Shown piece after piece: positions 1-13,620 of a stretch of 64,000 nt of DNA (positions are counted from its first letter, which is position 1; each line of letters opens with the position of its first letter). Position numbers and translations under genes: made by a program. Origin of the DNA: Callorhinchus milii (taxonomy: Eukaryota). The stretch spans positions 13,950,001-14,014,000 of the forward strand of contig NW_024704754.1 in NCBI RefSeq assembly GCF_018977255.1, given 5' to 3'. The notes under the pieces are model-generated. The model was not told where the DNA came from, did no database searches, and saw only the letters and a program-made list of their open reading frames with translations.

Positions 1-479
1 GATACACAAAAATAAATTAGAAGCAGCTGCTATTCCAGAGAACTCACAGATTTGGTTATTTGTAACAGAGTGAAGATGGAATGCAGTGCGAGCAAGTCCT
101 GGTTACTCACGGAGCCGTGAGCTGTCTCTGTGTCGATCAGGTCAATGGCTGCATCGTAGCTGGGATTCAGGAAATCATGAGGTATGATTTTATACAAATC
201 TAATCTATAGGGACATATTATATAACATAGAGGAACATATATAATAGATAGAGGGATATGCATGACCAGAACAAAATACTACCGGTGGGCACCATCGCTC
301 AGCATCTCACATACCTTCCCTTCACTGTCTAAATAAAATCGATTTCCCTCTTCACTGCCCACACTATCTGCCTCCACTGCCTTCTGCGCAACCTGTTCCA
401 CATGATAACAATCCTCTGTGTAAAGTAGTTAAATGGAAACTGTCTGTTCCTATTCCCTCTGTGTTACCCCTTTCCTAAG

Positions 480-1990
480 AACACAAGAATTTGGTAGGCA
501 AAAGAAGACCAAGGTCCAGTTCGCCTTCCACCATCCTGACAGTCGCTTGGCAGGGCATGTCCCAAATTATATATTGTATCCCGAGATATTATTTTCTAAC
601 AGAAATCTGTCTAATTTATTCTTAAAACAAACAACACTTCCTGCTTTCACCCTAGGGAGTTTGAGCCATACGTTTCACTACTCGCTCACTGAATTAGTGT
701 TTCCACAGATTTATTCTGAATTTATCTCTCTTCAATCACAGGCTGTGTCCTCTGGTTCTACTGTTCAGTACATGATAAAACAGCTTATCATGGTTTACAT
801 TATCTAGTCCTTCAGAATCTTAAAAACCATGATCATGATCATATTGCCCCTAAACCTTCTCTTCTCCAGTGTGAACATACCCAGTTAACCTAATCAATCC
901 TCATAGTCCAGTCCCTCCATCCCCTCAATCATTTTGGTTGTCCTCCTCTGTATCCTCTCAATTGCTGCAATATCCTTTCATATTGCGGTGACCAGAACTG
1001 CACACAGTATTTCAAGTGCAGTTGCACCAGTTAATTATAAAGTGGCAGGATTATCCCACTATTTCAGTTCAATTTTGCCCTTTTAATGCAACCTAGCATC
1101 TGGTTTGCCTTACTCACTGCTACCGAACACTGTTGCAATGGCTTCAATTTATTGTCAATCAGGACTCCCGGGTCCTTTTCATTTTTCGTACAGATTATTT
1201 TCTTTCCATTTCAGTAATAGTCCCTTTCTGGATTTTTTTTCCCATTAAAGCACTTTGCATTTCTCTACATTGAATTTCATCTGCCATCCATCTGCCCAAT
1301 TCCCAAGTATGTTCAAGTCCTCCTGTAATCTCTAGACCGCTTGACCATATCTGGTAATCTTTCTCCTCCCCAGCCTCACAGCTTCCATCCCCAGCTCGGG
1401 TTCCCCCGCAGTACTGTTAAGCACTTTGGAAAGTCCTCCCAATGTGAAAGGCACCATATCAATTTCATTTTTTTAATTGTATTGTCTAGCTTCTCTATAC
1501 TCTGTAATCCAGAAGATTTCAATAAGATCACCCGTCATTGTCTCAATTAGATCCCAGTGTCTTTGTTCTGGTTAATTCTTACTGTGAATGCTTCCAGAGT
1601 TTACGATGCTGAGACGTTTATCCAAGTGCAGAGTAATACTGGACACACTGATTGTATCCGGACCATAATCCATATCCCCGAGAGAAAGCAGGTATCAGTA
1701 AACTTTCAAATCCAATTATTTTCATTTAAAGCCTTGTGTTCAGTACCAAAACATTCCTTAAACCTATGTCCTCTTGTTTTTTTTAAACTCAATTGATTTA
1801 GCAACATAGACCAGGATGCTGTTCGTCTTCTTTATTGCGGCCTCACACTGTTTTGACATACAGGCAACTAATACCCCTGGATCTCTTTCAGCTTTCCCAT
1901 TGACAAGTTCTTCCCATTGATGGAGTACTTGGGTTTTCTATTCTTACCTTCTATGTGTAGTACCTAGGATTTATTTGCATCGGAGGTAGA
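480..1990 (-). mobile_element. Degraded CR1 ORF2/3' fragments with a small L2 tail at about 1340-1470
   Basis: Reverse complement matches the CR1 C-terminal motifs seen in better-preserved copies in this window. Confidence 0.6.
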
Positions 1991-4598
1991 CCATTCCTTC
2001 GCTTGAAGAGTAGGCAAATTCATTCCTGGAAGGCAGAAAGAATAGACATCAGTGGGAATCCCATAGTCAGTGGTATTGACTGGTGGCAGGACAGAGCGGG
2101 TGAGGATGTGAAGGAGACCTGTTGAGGGGAAGGAGAGCCTGTCTATCCATCAGGTGGCACCAAACTCTTGATAAGTTTATCACGTTTTATGTTGACATGT
2201 TGAACAGACATACAATGAGTCTTAATGTAAATTGTGGGATCTAGAACAGTTGTTTGGGATTATTATTTTAGTTTGACATTGATTTTCTATGGTTGAAGGA
2301 GAAACAAAATCCTCTTTCCAGCCAAAAGATACACTTTTACCTATTAGGTCAAGGGCTAGCCTTGAGCCTTGCCCACCCGATCAGTAAAAGAATCATTTTA
2401 GACTGAGGAGAATGTGGTTCTCTCAGAACTATAAGTTCATAAGATGTCACTGGTGAGAGCTGAGCAGAAAAGCTTTGATTTTGTTAATATTTGACTGAAG
2501 GAAGTTAAGGCCCATGACTTGATGTCAGGCAAACATGTCAAGTAAAACCACCAATGCTTATCAATTGTCTCCTATGCCTTGGGACGCCCTCCCGATGTGA
2601 AAGGCGCTATACAAATGTAATTTTGTATTATATTTTGAATTGTTATTTCCTTTTATATTCTTTCCCTAGTACATATCTGCATCCTGGGATAACACTGTGC
2701 GTGTCTGGAATGCCTACATCAAATGTCTGCCCAGGACTAGAAACCCGACTGGAAATGCAATCTAACAAGTTGAGAGCCTGTAAAACAACTCAACATTTCA
2801 TTCCAAATTATTTAACACATATTTATCATGAAAAGCAGCTAATATTTAATACCAAAAAAGATAACAAAATTACATTTACATCCCTCTCCCAACTCTCTTC
2901 CCATTGCTCACATACAGAAGTACCAACATATTTATAGCATAATATAATAATATAATAAACATAAATACTTATATAGTAAAGAAAGACCTCCTGAAATAGG
3001 TGTTATTGTTGAATTACTAAATTGGGGACATGGGGGAAGGAAATTTCAAACATTAACTTGTTAATTTTTTAACAAAAACTGATAAGCAACAATTTTTAAA
3101 ACGTTTTTAAAAAGTTAAAAATTAAATTATTAAAAATGATTTGGGTTGATGGGCAGATTGCTTTCAGGGGATAATAATCCATGACTGTTTGTGGGACACT
3201 GCTGTTTGCAATTGGCTGCTGTATTTTATAATAATAAACCCGCAAAATACACAGTCAATTCATGTTAAATATATTCTGTGAAGCGCTTTGTGACGTCTCA
3301 ACGACATGATAAGGTGCTATATCAAATGCAAGGATTATTATTATTATTATTACCACATTTCATCCAAATCCGCCAGTGTCGCTCATGTGCATTGCTGGGT
3401 TTTTTCCCAACCTACGCTCTCACCTCGTTTCTCTGTCCCTGTCTTTAGAGGAGATTGAAGGGGAAAATTAGCAAACGGTAGCCCGGAGATTGTTGGGCTT
3501 TTCTCATTACATATACATGTGTTTCAGTCATAGGCATGATGGATGAGGGTGTCATAAAAATGCACCACAGCATTATTTGCCATGGCGGGGGGTGGGGTGG
3601 ACAAGACCTCACTGTTTGTCTCAGAGATTCGCCATTGTCACCAGAGAAGATGTTCATTGTACATTTCAATACACACCATCAGCATTACACGTCTAAAACA
3701 TTGACATCCTCAAAAACTCCCCCCCCCACCCCTCAACTCGCCCCCCCACATCCAGCAGTGCTTGGTGCCACATGTCGCCTCTAGTGTGTAATAATAAGCT
3801 GTTGAACCACTGCCAGATTCTTTGAAGGTGGATGGCCCTGAACTGCAGACATATTGGATGAACACAAGTCACAACAGCTGAGTGCTTCTGCACAATGGTG
3901 TTTCTCAATCTTCATCCGAGTTTTTTGCATCGCACAAAGGCTTCATACAGCACGTCGATATATTTCTACAAACAAGCCTTTAAAAAGGATACAAATTACT
4001 CAACAAGAACATTTTTCGTTTGCAAAACAAACCAAGCCAACAATGGAAGCAAAGATCATTGAACCTTGTCTTAACACTGAAGCCGCCTGACAATCAAGAG
4101 TCAAATGTTCAGTTGAGATGGCGAGGCTGGTTTTAGATCCAGTCCAGATGGGGGGAGGGGTTTCCTCTCTTTGCCACATGTAATAGGGAATTTAGGGAAA
4201 CTCACCCAGTTCCCAGGACTATTGCATTAGATCACTCCAAATTTGCATTCGCTGACAAAGAATGGATGCTTGACTCAAAAAGTCCATAAGGATTTGTTTG
4301 AATAGAAATGGAAATATTCCCACTGACGTAGAAGGAAGTTGAGGACTAAGCAACTGTTGGAGCAGAGTAATAATAATAATACACCTTGCATTTGGTATAG
4401 TGCCTTATCATGTCAGAAAGATGTCTCAAAGAACTTCACAGGAATTTCTGTGAAGTGGAGTGGTTGTGTATTTATAGGTAAACGTGCCAGCACAATTGCA
4501 CACAGCAATGTCCTACAATGATCAATATTATTTGGGGGATTGCTGGCTAGGACACCAGGAGAAACTCCCTTGTCCATCACCTCCGGAATATCGCCAGA

Positions 4599-5258
4599 TT
4601 ACGGCACTACCTCACCCCTCACGCTGCTGAAACTCTGGTCCACGCCTTTATCACCTCAAGGCTGGACTATGGGAACTCTCTCCTCGCCGGCCTTCCCGGC
4701 CCTCCCTCCACAAGCTGCAGGTCATTCAGAACTCTGCAGCTCGTGTACTGTCCCGCACCAGGCTTCGCAACCACATCACTCCCACCCTCACTCGCCTCCA
4801 CTGGCTCCCCATCCCCCAGAGGATCGAATTCAAGATCCTCATCCTCACCTACAAGGCCATTCACGGCCTTGCTCCCTCCTACCCCTCTGACCTACTATCC
4901 CCCTAGTTACCTGCCCGTAACCTCCGTTCCTCTGGCTCCGGCCTGCTCCACATCCCCCGCCCCAACCGCCCTACCATCGGTGGCCGGACCTTCAGCCTCT
5001 CAGCCCCAAGGCTCTGGAACTCCATCCCCCAGTGCCTTCGCCGCCTCCTCCCTTTCCTCCTTCAAGGCCGGTCTCAAGACCTTTCTCTTTGACCGTGCCT
5101 TCAGCTCCCCTCTCGACTCTCTACCCCTCCTCGCTCCCTCCCTTCCCTCCCCTCACCCTGACCATTTCCCCCTGCTCAGGTCCCGACCTAACTGTCCAGC
5201 GCCTTGGGACGTCCTCCCGACGTGAAAGGCGCTCTATAAATGAAATCTTGTTGTTGTA
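4599..5258 (+). mobile_element. L2-clade LINE 3' fragment with intact 3' stem-loop
   Basis: Encodes [21 protein letters not shown]...[27 protein letters not shown] (L2 ORF2 C-terminus). Ends with a stem-loop and (TTG)n. Confidence 0.88.
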
Positions 5259-7989
5259 GTAGTGCCATGGAATCTTTAACATCCACCTGAGCAGGCAGAC
5301 GGGACCTTGGTTTAACATCTCATCCAAAGGATGGCACCTCTGACCATGCAGCACACCCTCAGCACTGCATTGAAGTGTGAGTTCAAGTCCTGATGTGGGA
5401 TTTGAACCCACAACTTTCTGACTCAGAGATGCGGGTGCTGCCAGTGAGCCAAACTGATACACAAGCTTTTATTCTGTACCTAACCTATGCTGCACCTGGC
5501 CTGAAAGTACCAGTTTGGACAGTATAGAGGAAGCTTTACTCTGGATCAAGCTCACCAATCTACTTGTGAATTTTCCCTTTGAATAACTTCGCCCCCTCTC
5601 CTAAAGACACATATTGGGTTAGGTTTGAGCAGTGCAAGAAATCCTCTATACATGGGTTTTTAAACTGTGAGGTCCCTTTGGGGATATGACAAGCGAGTGC
5701 TGGGTGTTGAAATTGGGTGCCTAAAATGGGAAAGAGTTTCATTGGCTTCCTATCCCCCAGTGGATCGATTTCAAGATTTTCATTCAAGAAATAAACCATA
5801 TACTGTAGAAAAATTAAATGCTTCAAAAAGAAAACTGATATAGCAGGTTATTAGTAATCAGTATAAAACCTCATCGTGGTAATTGGAGTGATACCAAATA
5901 GTTTATTTCAGGGCTTTAAGGAGGAAATAGTTGGATTAGATTTAGTGGATTTCTGAATATAGAGCTCAGAATGTTACATTTGTGGTGAGAATTATTTTTT
6001 AAATACAGAACTAAATTGTACTCCATTGAGTTTGTCTGTGCCATAGATAATTTGACTTCTATACCATGCAGTTGTATCTGAATGCACATACGTGCATGTC
6101 AACAATCTCTTCAATATCCACGCACAATCCACATATTTTGAGGAATTCTCAGGTACATGACCTTCTGTGGGCCTGATGCACTACACGGATGGCTCCTTGG
6201 TAACAGGGGTTATGCCCTCAGTCTTTGGCTCCTTACCTCCATGACACACCCATGTACCCCAGCTGAGAAGCATTACAGTACTGCATATAAGCAAACTTGT
6301 GTCATCACTGAGGATATCTTTGAAACAATATTTTCTCTGCTTTGATCACTCAGGCTATGTTACTGTCCTACCCCATAAAGTGCGAAGATTGTGCTTCCTG
6401 CTATTTGTTGCACACCGGGAAGAAACATTGCACTGCTCACAAGTGCGGATGAATGTTGTAAACTTCTCGCTCGGGGGCTATTACCCAAGATTCAGTAAAT
6501 TTGCACCAGTGAGTGCTAATTATAGAATACCCATGTATGTCTTATCATCTACTCTTCACATTTGGTGATGTACAACACTGCAGGCCTGGCTTTTCACCTG
6601 GGTTTGTCAGTAATAATACAGAAAAATGTTCTGCGACACCTTCAAGTACAGTTTGTCAATCATAATATTATTGAGCTGGATGACCAAATCAACACTCATT
6701 GTTTGTTGCAAAAAGTTAAATGCAGCTCGCATAGTCCAGATTTCTTCTGCGCTCTCTGTGTGGGTAGGTTGGGGAGGAACTTTAGTTCCCGAGAAAGTAA
6801 ACAAAGTGGAGCCACAAACGAGCTTTTAAAAATATTTGTCAATTTTTTTTGTGTGCTCGGAATATTCAAGCGATAAGTAGCTGTCGCTAAAAGATTTCTT
6901 GTCAAGTTCAGATAGTGTTCTTAGCAAAACAAAGTTGTGTGGGGTTCTATGCAGCTTTAAGTTGTTGCAATAGCCCATGACAGCAGTGCTGTTCAGTGGA
7001 GATGACAATGGAGGCCCTTATTGATTAAATGGTAATGACTGTTCTGTGGTGTTCTGAGACCATAGTTCTTTCATTGGCTGTATTCGTTTACTGCAACAAT
7101 TCATTGATGTTATTGAAAGCATGAGTGGGATCTCGTGGTTCAGTCACCCAGCCCTGCAGCAAGAAACGGATAGTCCCTTAGGAGGGTTTGTTTAGGTTCA
7201 GATTAATATTTTGTGAATGAGGAACTTCACAAGTAAGGTGAAGACAATAGCAAGCGAGATTACTAAATATGTTTCTGGATGAATTAATGTTGTCTTGACA
7301 TTTATTAGTGTTTGAATCTCTCTCCCCAAATCCCTTTTGTCTTGTTCCTTTTTTTCTGACTTCAAATTTCTCTTAAAATTCTTTCTCCTTGACGGCTTTG
7401 GTGTGCAACCTTAAATTCCTTTTGCTCTCCATGCTCAATGCTCTCTTTGAGACATTCATCCAGCAAAGATCACAGAGCACAAAGGATGGGATAAAGCAAA
7501 CAATTGTACTTTTAAAAAAGTTACCCAAATGATTGTGAAAACTGTAATTCTTGACCCAATGTGTATGTAGTGCTTTTTCTGAATACAAAGAGAGTCTTGT
7601 TTTCAAGCTGTTATTCTTCTCATTCTCTTCTTGGCTGTGATGAGTCTTTTTAAACACCAGTTTTCTTTGAGGTGATTATTCATCATCCCAAAAGGCATCC
7701 CAAACAAATAAAATGGAACCTTGTTAAAGCAACCCGTGATATAGTGCGGCACAATAGCAGATTTGACAGTGTTAAAAGAGAAAATTGATTGCCCTATTTG
7801 TCTACAAATACACACTAACTACACTTCACTGTAAAATTCTGTGATGTGCTTTGAAGTGGTTTGATGATATGATAAGGCTCTATTTCAAATGCAAGGATGG
7901 TTTATTGCAGATGTAGAATAGCTGACTTTCGCATCATTGGAACACCACAAACTCACTTCCTTATTTTGTGTTTAGTTTATACCACAACA

Positions 7990-9890
7990 TCACTTCCTGG
8001 TTTCAGCACATGCACAAAATGGGAAAACCATCATGTTTATCAAATCTTATAGAATTTTTTGAGGATGTAACTAGCAGGTTAGATAGGGGGGAACCAGTAG
8101 ATGTGGTGTATTTGGATTTCCAGAAGGCATTCGACAAGGTGCCACATAAAAGGCTGTTGCATAAGATTAGAGCCCATTGAATTAAAGGTAATATATTAAC
8201 ATGGATTGGAGAGTGGCTAACAGGCAGAAAACAGAGAGTAGGGATAAACGGGTCCTTCTCAGATTGGTAGGATGTGACTAGTGGAGTGCCACAAGGATCA
8301 GTGCTTGAGCCTCAATTATTTACAGTCCGTATCAATGATTTAGATGAGGAAATAGAACTTAACATATCTAAATTTGTGGACGATATGAAGATAAGTGGGA
8401 TAGTAAGCTGTGAAGAATGCAAAGGGAAATAGACAGACGAGGTGAGTGGTCAAGAAGGTGGCAGAAGGAGTATACAACAACAACAACAACAAAATTACAT
8501 TTATAGAGCGCCTTTTATGTTGGGAGGATGTCCCAAGACGCTGGAGGGGTCAGGACCTGAGCATGGGGAGGGGTGAGGTAGGGGTGAGGGAAGACAGGGA
8601 GGTGGGAGGGTGACCGAAGGCATGATCGAAGAGGAGGGTCTTGAGAGCGGCCTTGAAGGATGCAAGGGAGGAAGCGAGGTGAAGGGACTGTGGGATGGAG
8701 TTCCAGAGTGTGGGGGTAGAGAGGCAGCCGCCGATGGTAGGGTGGGTTGGGCGGGAGACATGGAGCAGGCTGGATCCTGCTGAATGAAGGGAGCGGGCAG
8801 GTTGGTAGGGAGTCAGCAGATCCGAGTGGTAGGAGGGGGAAAGGTCATGGGTGGCCTTGAAAGTGAGGATGAGGATCTTGAATTTGATCCTCTGAGGAAT
8901 GGGGAGCCAGTGGAGTCAGGCGAAGGTGGGAGTGATGGGGTTATGGAGCCTGGTGCACGAGAGTACATGAGCTGCAGAGTTTTGGATGATCTGCAGCTTT
9001 TGAAGGGAAGAGTTGGGAGGGCCAACAAGGAGGGAATTTCCATAATCGAGCCTTGACGTGACAAATGCATGGGTAAGGGTTTTGGCAGCCTGAGGGGTGA
9101 GGCAGTGGTGGAGTCTGATGTGGGGAAGTGTGAAGCTATTCACCTAGGTAGTAAATATAGAAAAGCGGATTATTTTCTAGATGGGGAGAGACTAGGTAAT
9201 GTTAGTGATCAGAGGGATTTGGATGTCTTTGTACACCAGTCACAAAAAGTTAGTATGCAGGTACAGCAAGCAACTGGGAAGGCTATTGCCATGTTGGCGT
9301 TTGTTGCAAAAGGGTTAGAGTACAAGAGTAGGGCAGTCTTGCTGCAGTTGTATAAGACCTTGGTGAGACCGCACCTCACCAACTGTGTGCAGTTTTGGTC
9401 TTCTTATTTAAGAAAGGACATACTCGCCTTAGAGGGGGTTTTAGCGTAGATTCACTAGGTTGGTTCCTGGGATGAGGGAGTTGACCTATAAGGATAGGTT
9501 AAGTAAACTAGGCCTATATTCTCTAGAATATAGAAGAATTCAGAAGTGATCTTATAGGAACCTATAAGATTCTTAAAGGTTTTGACAGGGTAGATGCCAT
9601 GAGACTGTTTCCCCTGGTTGGAGAATCTAAAACTAGGGGTCATAGTCTCAAGATTAAGGGTCAGCCTTTTTGAACTGAGCTGAGGAAACATATCTTCACT
9701 CAGGGGGCAGTGAATTTGTGGAATACTCTACCCCAGAAGGTTGTGGTTACTCATTCCTTGAACATATTCAAGACTGAGGTTGATAGATTTCTAAAGAATA
9801 GAGGGATTAAGGGATATGGGGAAAGGGCAGGTAAATGGAATTAAGTTAGAAGATCAGCCATGATCTTATTTAATGGCGGGGGATCAAATG
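7990..9890 (+). mobile_element. CR1 LINE ORF2 fragment, interrupted by an L2 insertion
   Basis: CLSNLIEFFEDVT...VDVVYLDFQKAFDKVPH and ...YKTLVRPHL..CVQFWS..LRKDILALE are CR1 RT motifs. Confidence 0.88.
8474..9109 (-). mobile_element. L2 3' fragment nested in CR1
   Basis: Minus-strand L2 C-terminus ([20 protein letters not shown]). TSD GGAGTAT (8467-8473) / GGAGTCT (9110-9116). Confidence 0.85.
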
Positions 9891-10189
9891 GGAGCTTTAG
9901 GGGTTAAATGGCCTACTCCTGTTCCTAAGTCTTATGGTCTTATTAAATGGTGAGCAACGCAGCTGTGGTAACAAGAAATGAAAGTAACAAGAATTTGCAG
10001 TTCTCTGGTGACCTTTCGTTGGCACCATCATTCCAGCAGTATGAAAAGAAAATAATGAAGATTTTTTTTAAACTTTCGGATCAGTCAGACAGACCTCAAT
10101 GTTCACTTCTGATCCTATACAATCCTACAGTCCTTTGTAACACATTTATTGGGCCACTTTACTCTGCATGATTTCAGCCTGGCTGAGTT

Positions 10190-10560
10190 GGCAGCACCCT
10201 CACCTCCGAGTCAGAAGGTTTTAGGTTCAAGACCTATGTTGAGACTTTGAACTCACAGTCTAGGTTAACACTCCAATACAAGGGAATGCTGTAATGTTGG
10301 AGTTGCCATGAGATATTAGATGTTAAACCATGGTTACTTCTACTTGTTCATGTGAACATTAAATATCCCATGACACCATTCCAAAAGAGAAGGAAGTTTC
10401 CCTTGATGTCCTAGCCAACAATCCCCCAGATAATATTGGTCATTTACTTCATGACTATTTTTGGGATACCACTGTGCACTGTTTGAGTCCCACATTCACC
10501 GAAAATATACAGTTACTACACTTTACATTGTGAAAGGTGCTATATCAAATACAATGATCA
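10190..10560 (+). mobile_element. Older DeuSINE-type element (different head; related copies near 5270-5470, 22690-23010, 31890-32190, 34180-34560, 56700-57010)
   Basis: Head gagtcagaagg..ggttcaag, the long central domain (agatgttaaacc..aaatatcccatg..gtcctagccaac) and an L2-type tail. Family assignment is from recall of the DeuSINE consensus. Confidence 0.6.
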
Positions 10561-10799
10561 TTATTTTACTATGAGAGCTTCAGCTACAAATTCCCCAAAC
10601 TCTGAATTGGCAGCTCAGCTACAAATGGTGCTGTTGGGAGCTTGTCTTTTTGTACGGTCAATGCTTAGTATACTAGTTTACAATTAGGCTTTGTTTGCCA
10701 AAGGACTCAAAACAATGGTGTGTTTCAGTTTGGGAAATAAAACCATAGAAAGTTCACAATAGGAGGAGGCCATTGGCCCATTGTCTCTGGACTGAGGCT

Positions 10800-11670
10800 C
10801 GCTCTGCCACTAGAGTTTCCTGAGCCCATCCCTCTGAAAAGGGGTGTGGGGGAGAGGCAAGGCTGCTCATTGCCTCCCACCCTGTTTGATGTGTTCATTA
10901 ATGACGTGTTGGATGGCATCGAGGGGGAAGGACAGTGTATCTGGTCCAACCTCTCTGACAGGATTGTGGTGCTTCTGCTTGCGGATGATATTGTATTGCT
11001 GGCGGACTCACCTGGGGACCTTCTGCACTGCACCCGCCATCTTGAATACTGGGCCAACAGGTGGGACATGGTGATAGGAGCCTCAAAGTGTGGAATCATG
11101 GAAGACATTGATTGGAAGATATAAGGGGCATCAGTTCCACTTGTTGACTCTTACCGATACCTGAGGGTCGTGATGGACACCAGTTTCAGCCTGGACACCT
11201 GAAGGACCATGCTGAGAAGGGATAAAGGGTACTCTGCTCATCCCTCTTCAAGGACAACAAGATCCCAATGCAGATCAAGCTTGTGGTATACAAGCCCTGT
11301 GTGCAAACAGTCTTCCTTAATGGATCTGAGCTCCTGGGGATGCAGCAGAGAGGCTTCCTCTGATCCACTCTGCAAATTCCAGGATCATGCAGTGAGGTGG
11401 ATTTGTGGCAAACAAGAGAAGTGGCTACAGGGATGGAGGGCTCCGGCATACACTGACCTGTCATTGAGCACCCTGGAAGAGGAGGCGGCTTCAGAGCGGG
11501 CATGTCTATTTGCCAAGGCCCCTCGTATGAGGATCTGGATTGAGCAGCTGGTGCTGAGTAAGCCTGGTACGCAGCTTTGGGCTTGGACATCAAGGTGGCT
11601 GGCATGTCACAAGCTATCCTGTAAAGGTCCTACCACCATGCTGAAAGCAAAAGTCCGCCTGATAGCTGAT
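10800..11670 (+). mobile_element. Non-LTR retrotransposon RT fragment, RTE/RTEX-like (not CR1/L2)
   Basis: PIPLKRGV..RQGCSLPPTLFDVFIND...LLLADDIVLLA...WANRWDMVIGASKCGIM...VDSYRYL...KLVVYKPCVQTVFLNGSE, with frameshifts. Confidence 0.8.
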
Positions 11671-11676
11671 GAGGAA

Positions 11677-11910
11677 ATAATAATAATAATAATAATCCTT
11701 GCATTTGATATAGCGCTTTTCACATCGGGAGGACGTCCCAAAGCGCTTCACAGAACACACTGTAAAATGAATTGACTGTATATTTGTGGGCGAACGTGGC
11801 AGCCAATTACGCACAGCAATGTCCCACAAACAGTCATAGATTGAAAATGGCCAATTTATTATTGTTTTGGGTTTTGGAGGGATTATTATTAGGCGTGTGG
11901 AGTAAGGAAA
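11677..11910 (-). mobile_element. Headless SINE of the same family
   Basis: (TAA)n tail, stem-loop and Deu-like core on the minus strand. The tRNA head is missing. Confidence 0.8.
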
Positions 11911-11999
11911 CTGAGATTTGGAGCAACAGCTGCTGGAAGACATTACCTGAATAGACAGACAGGGCCTCAGTTTAACATCTCATTCCACAACAGCCATGA

Positions 12000-13620
12000 A
12001 ATGAGCATTTGGGAATAGTTGGCGAGGCCAGGGATGTTTAAAAGGGAGATGGAAAATGGGTTTGCAATAATGATTGCCCATCACTAAAAGGTGATGAATA
12101 TAATGCTCAATGGACTTTTCCCCCAAAGTGTATTAGATGATGTAGAGAAATGGGATTCAAAGGGGTTATATTCTTTAGATGAGAGGAGGTAATGGGGTGA
12201 TTTGATTCCGTATTTAAAATAATGAAAGAAATTGACAGGCTAGATAGTGGACACGTTTTCCCTTTGAAAGAAGGATCCATTACGAGGGAGCACAACTTTT
12301 AAATCAGAATTAAGTCAGTTGAACCTGAAGTCAGGAAATATTTCTTCACACAGAGGGTTTTGAAGTGGAATACTCTACCCCCAGAAAGCCATAGAGGATG
12401 AATTAGAAGGGATACTTAAAAGAGAGATGGACAAACATTTGGATATTAAAGTGTTAAGGGGTCTGGTGAAAGGTCGAATAGTTCAGCTCAAGTAATGTCA
12501 GTGTTTATGTTCCATATGAGCCTTCATGCCTTCGAATCTCCTGTCCCATACCCCATTTTTCCTTTCTCCTTCATGTATAGATCAAGTTTTCTTCCAAGTA
12601 CATGTTCTGCTTCAATCACAGCTTTTCCAGCCAATGAGTTCCAAATTCTAAGCATCTTTTGTGTAAACTTCCTTTTTAGATCTGCTACTTGCCATCTTAA
12701 GCCTCCTTGTTTTGGACTCACCAACCTATTTACGGCCGAGTTATCGAACCCTTTCATAATTTTAAACACTTCTATCAGGTCATCTCGTTTCCTGCAACAG
12801 CCTGCTCACCAGACTTCCCAGCTTCTCGCTACGCAAGCCCCAGCCTATACAGGATTCTGCAGCCCATGACCTCTCCTGCATTTGGTTTCATCAGCCTATC
12901 ATTCGCTCAGCTACACTTCTTCCCATCCCCCAAGGGATCAAATTCAAGATCCTCATTTTCAAATTCCTTCCCAGCCCCACTTCACCCTAAACCTGCAACC
13001 TCCTGCAACCCTACTGATCCAGGCACTCCTTTTGTTCAATGAATATCCTCCTCCCATCCGCTGTACATCAATGGGTGAGTTTCAGCTATTCTGCCCTCGC
13101 TCTCTGAAACTCCATCTCAAAGTCCCTCTTTTCTCACTTTCACAGTCCATCTCAAGACTTACCTCTGGTCATCTTTCCCCACCCTCTCCCACCTCATTAT
13201 CAATGATCTTCTGGAAGTTCATATACACTACATCCACTAACTTGTCTATTTATACTGTACTGTTACATTCTCAAAAAAAATCGATAAGGTAGGTCAAGTA
13301 TGACTTTCCTTTCATAAATCCATGCTGGCTGCTTTAAATTACACTCTCCTTCTCAAGATTTTTAGTTTTTTTTATATAGAATCCAATGTTTTACCCATCA
13401 CAAACATTAAGACAACTTGACAATTTTTCACTTTGATAGTGGAATGCTCTGAGCCTCAAAGCTGTAGAGGTGTAATCAATAGAGATGTTTAGAGGAGAAA
13501 CAGGCAGAGACTTGGGTAGTTGAGAAATTAGAGGTTTGGTGGAAAATATATTGGGAATAAAAGATCTACCAAGATCTAATAAACTAGTTTGAACAGGCTC
13601 GATGGGCTCTTCCTGTTCCA
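12000..13620. mobile_element. Mosaic of CR1 3' ends (+12000-12480; -12500-12790 and -13220-13420; +13420-13620) with an L2 fragment (+12790-13220)
   Basis: CR1 terminal motifs (FKIMKGFD...FFTQRV...W), plus an L2 FKIL-type motif between the minus-strand CR1 halves. Confidence 0.65.

Noticed and set aside
3770-3786. CTCF-like motif (also near 25560-25570)
   Set aside because: Only partial matches to the core consensus, as expected by chance.
7603-7815. MPFGMMN resembling the Ty3/gypsy RT motif
   Set aside because: The flanking RT motifs (upstream DL..GY.Q, downstream YxDD) are absent at the expected spacing. Kept only within the unexplained-segment finding.
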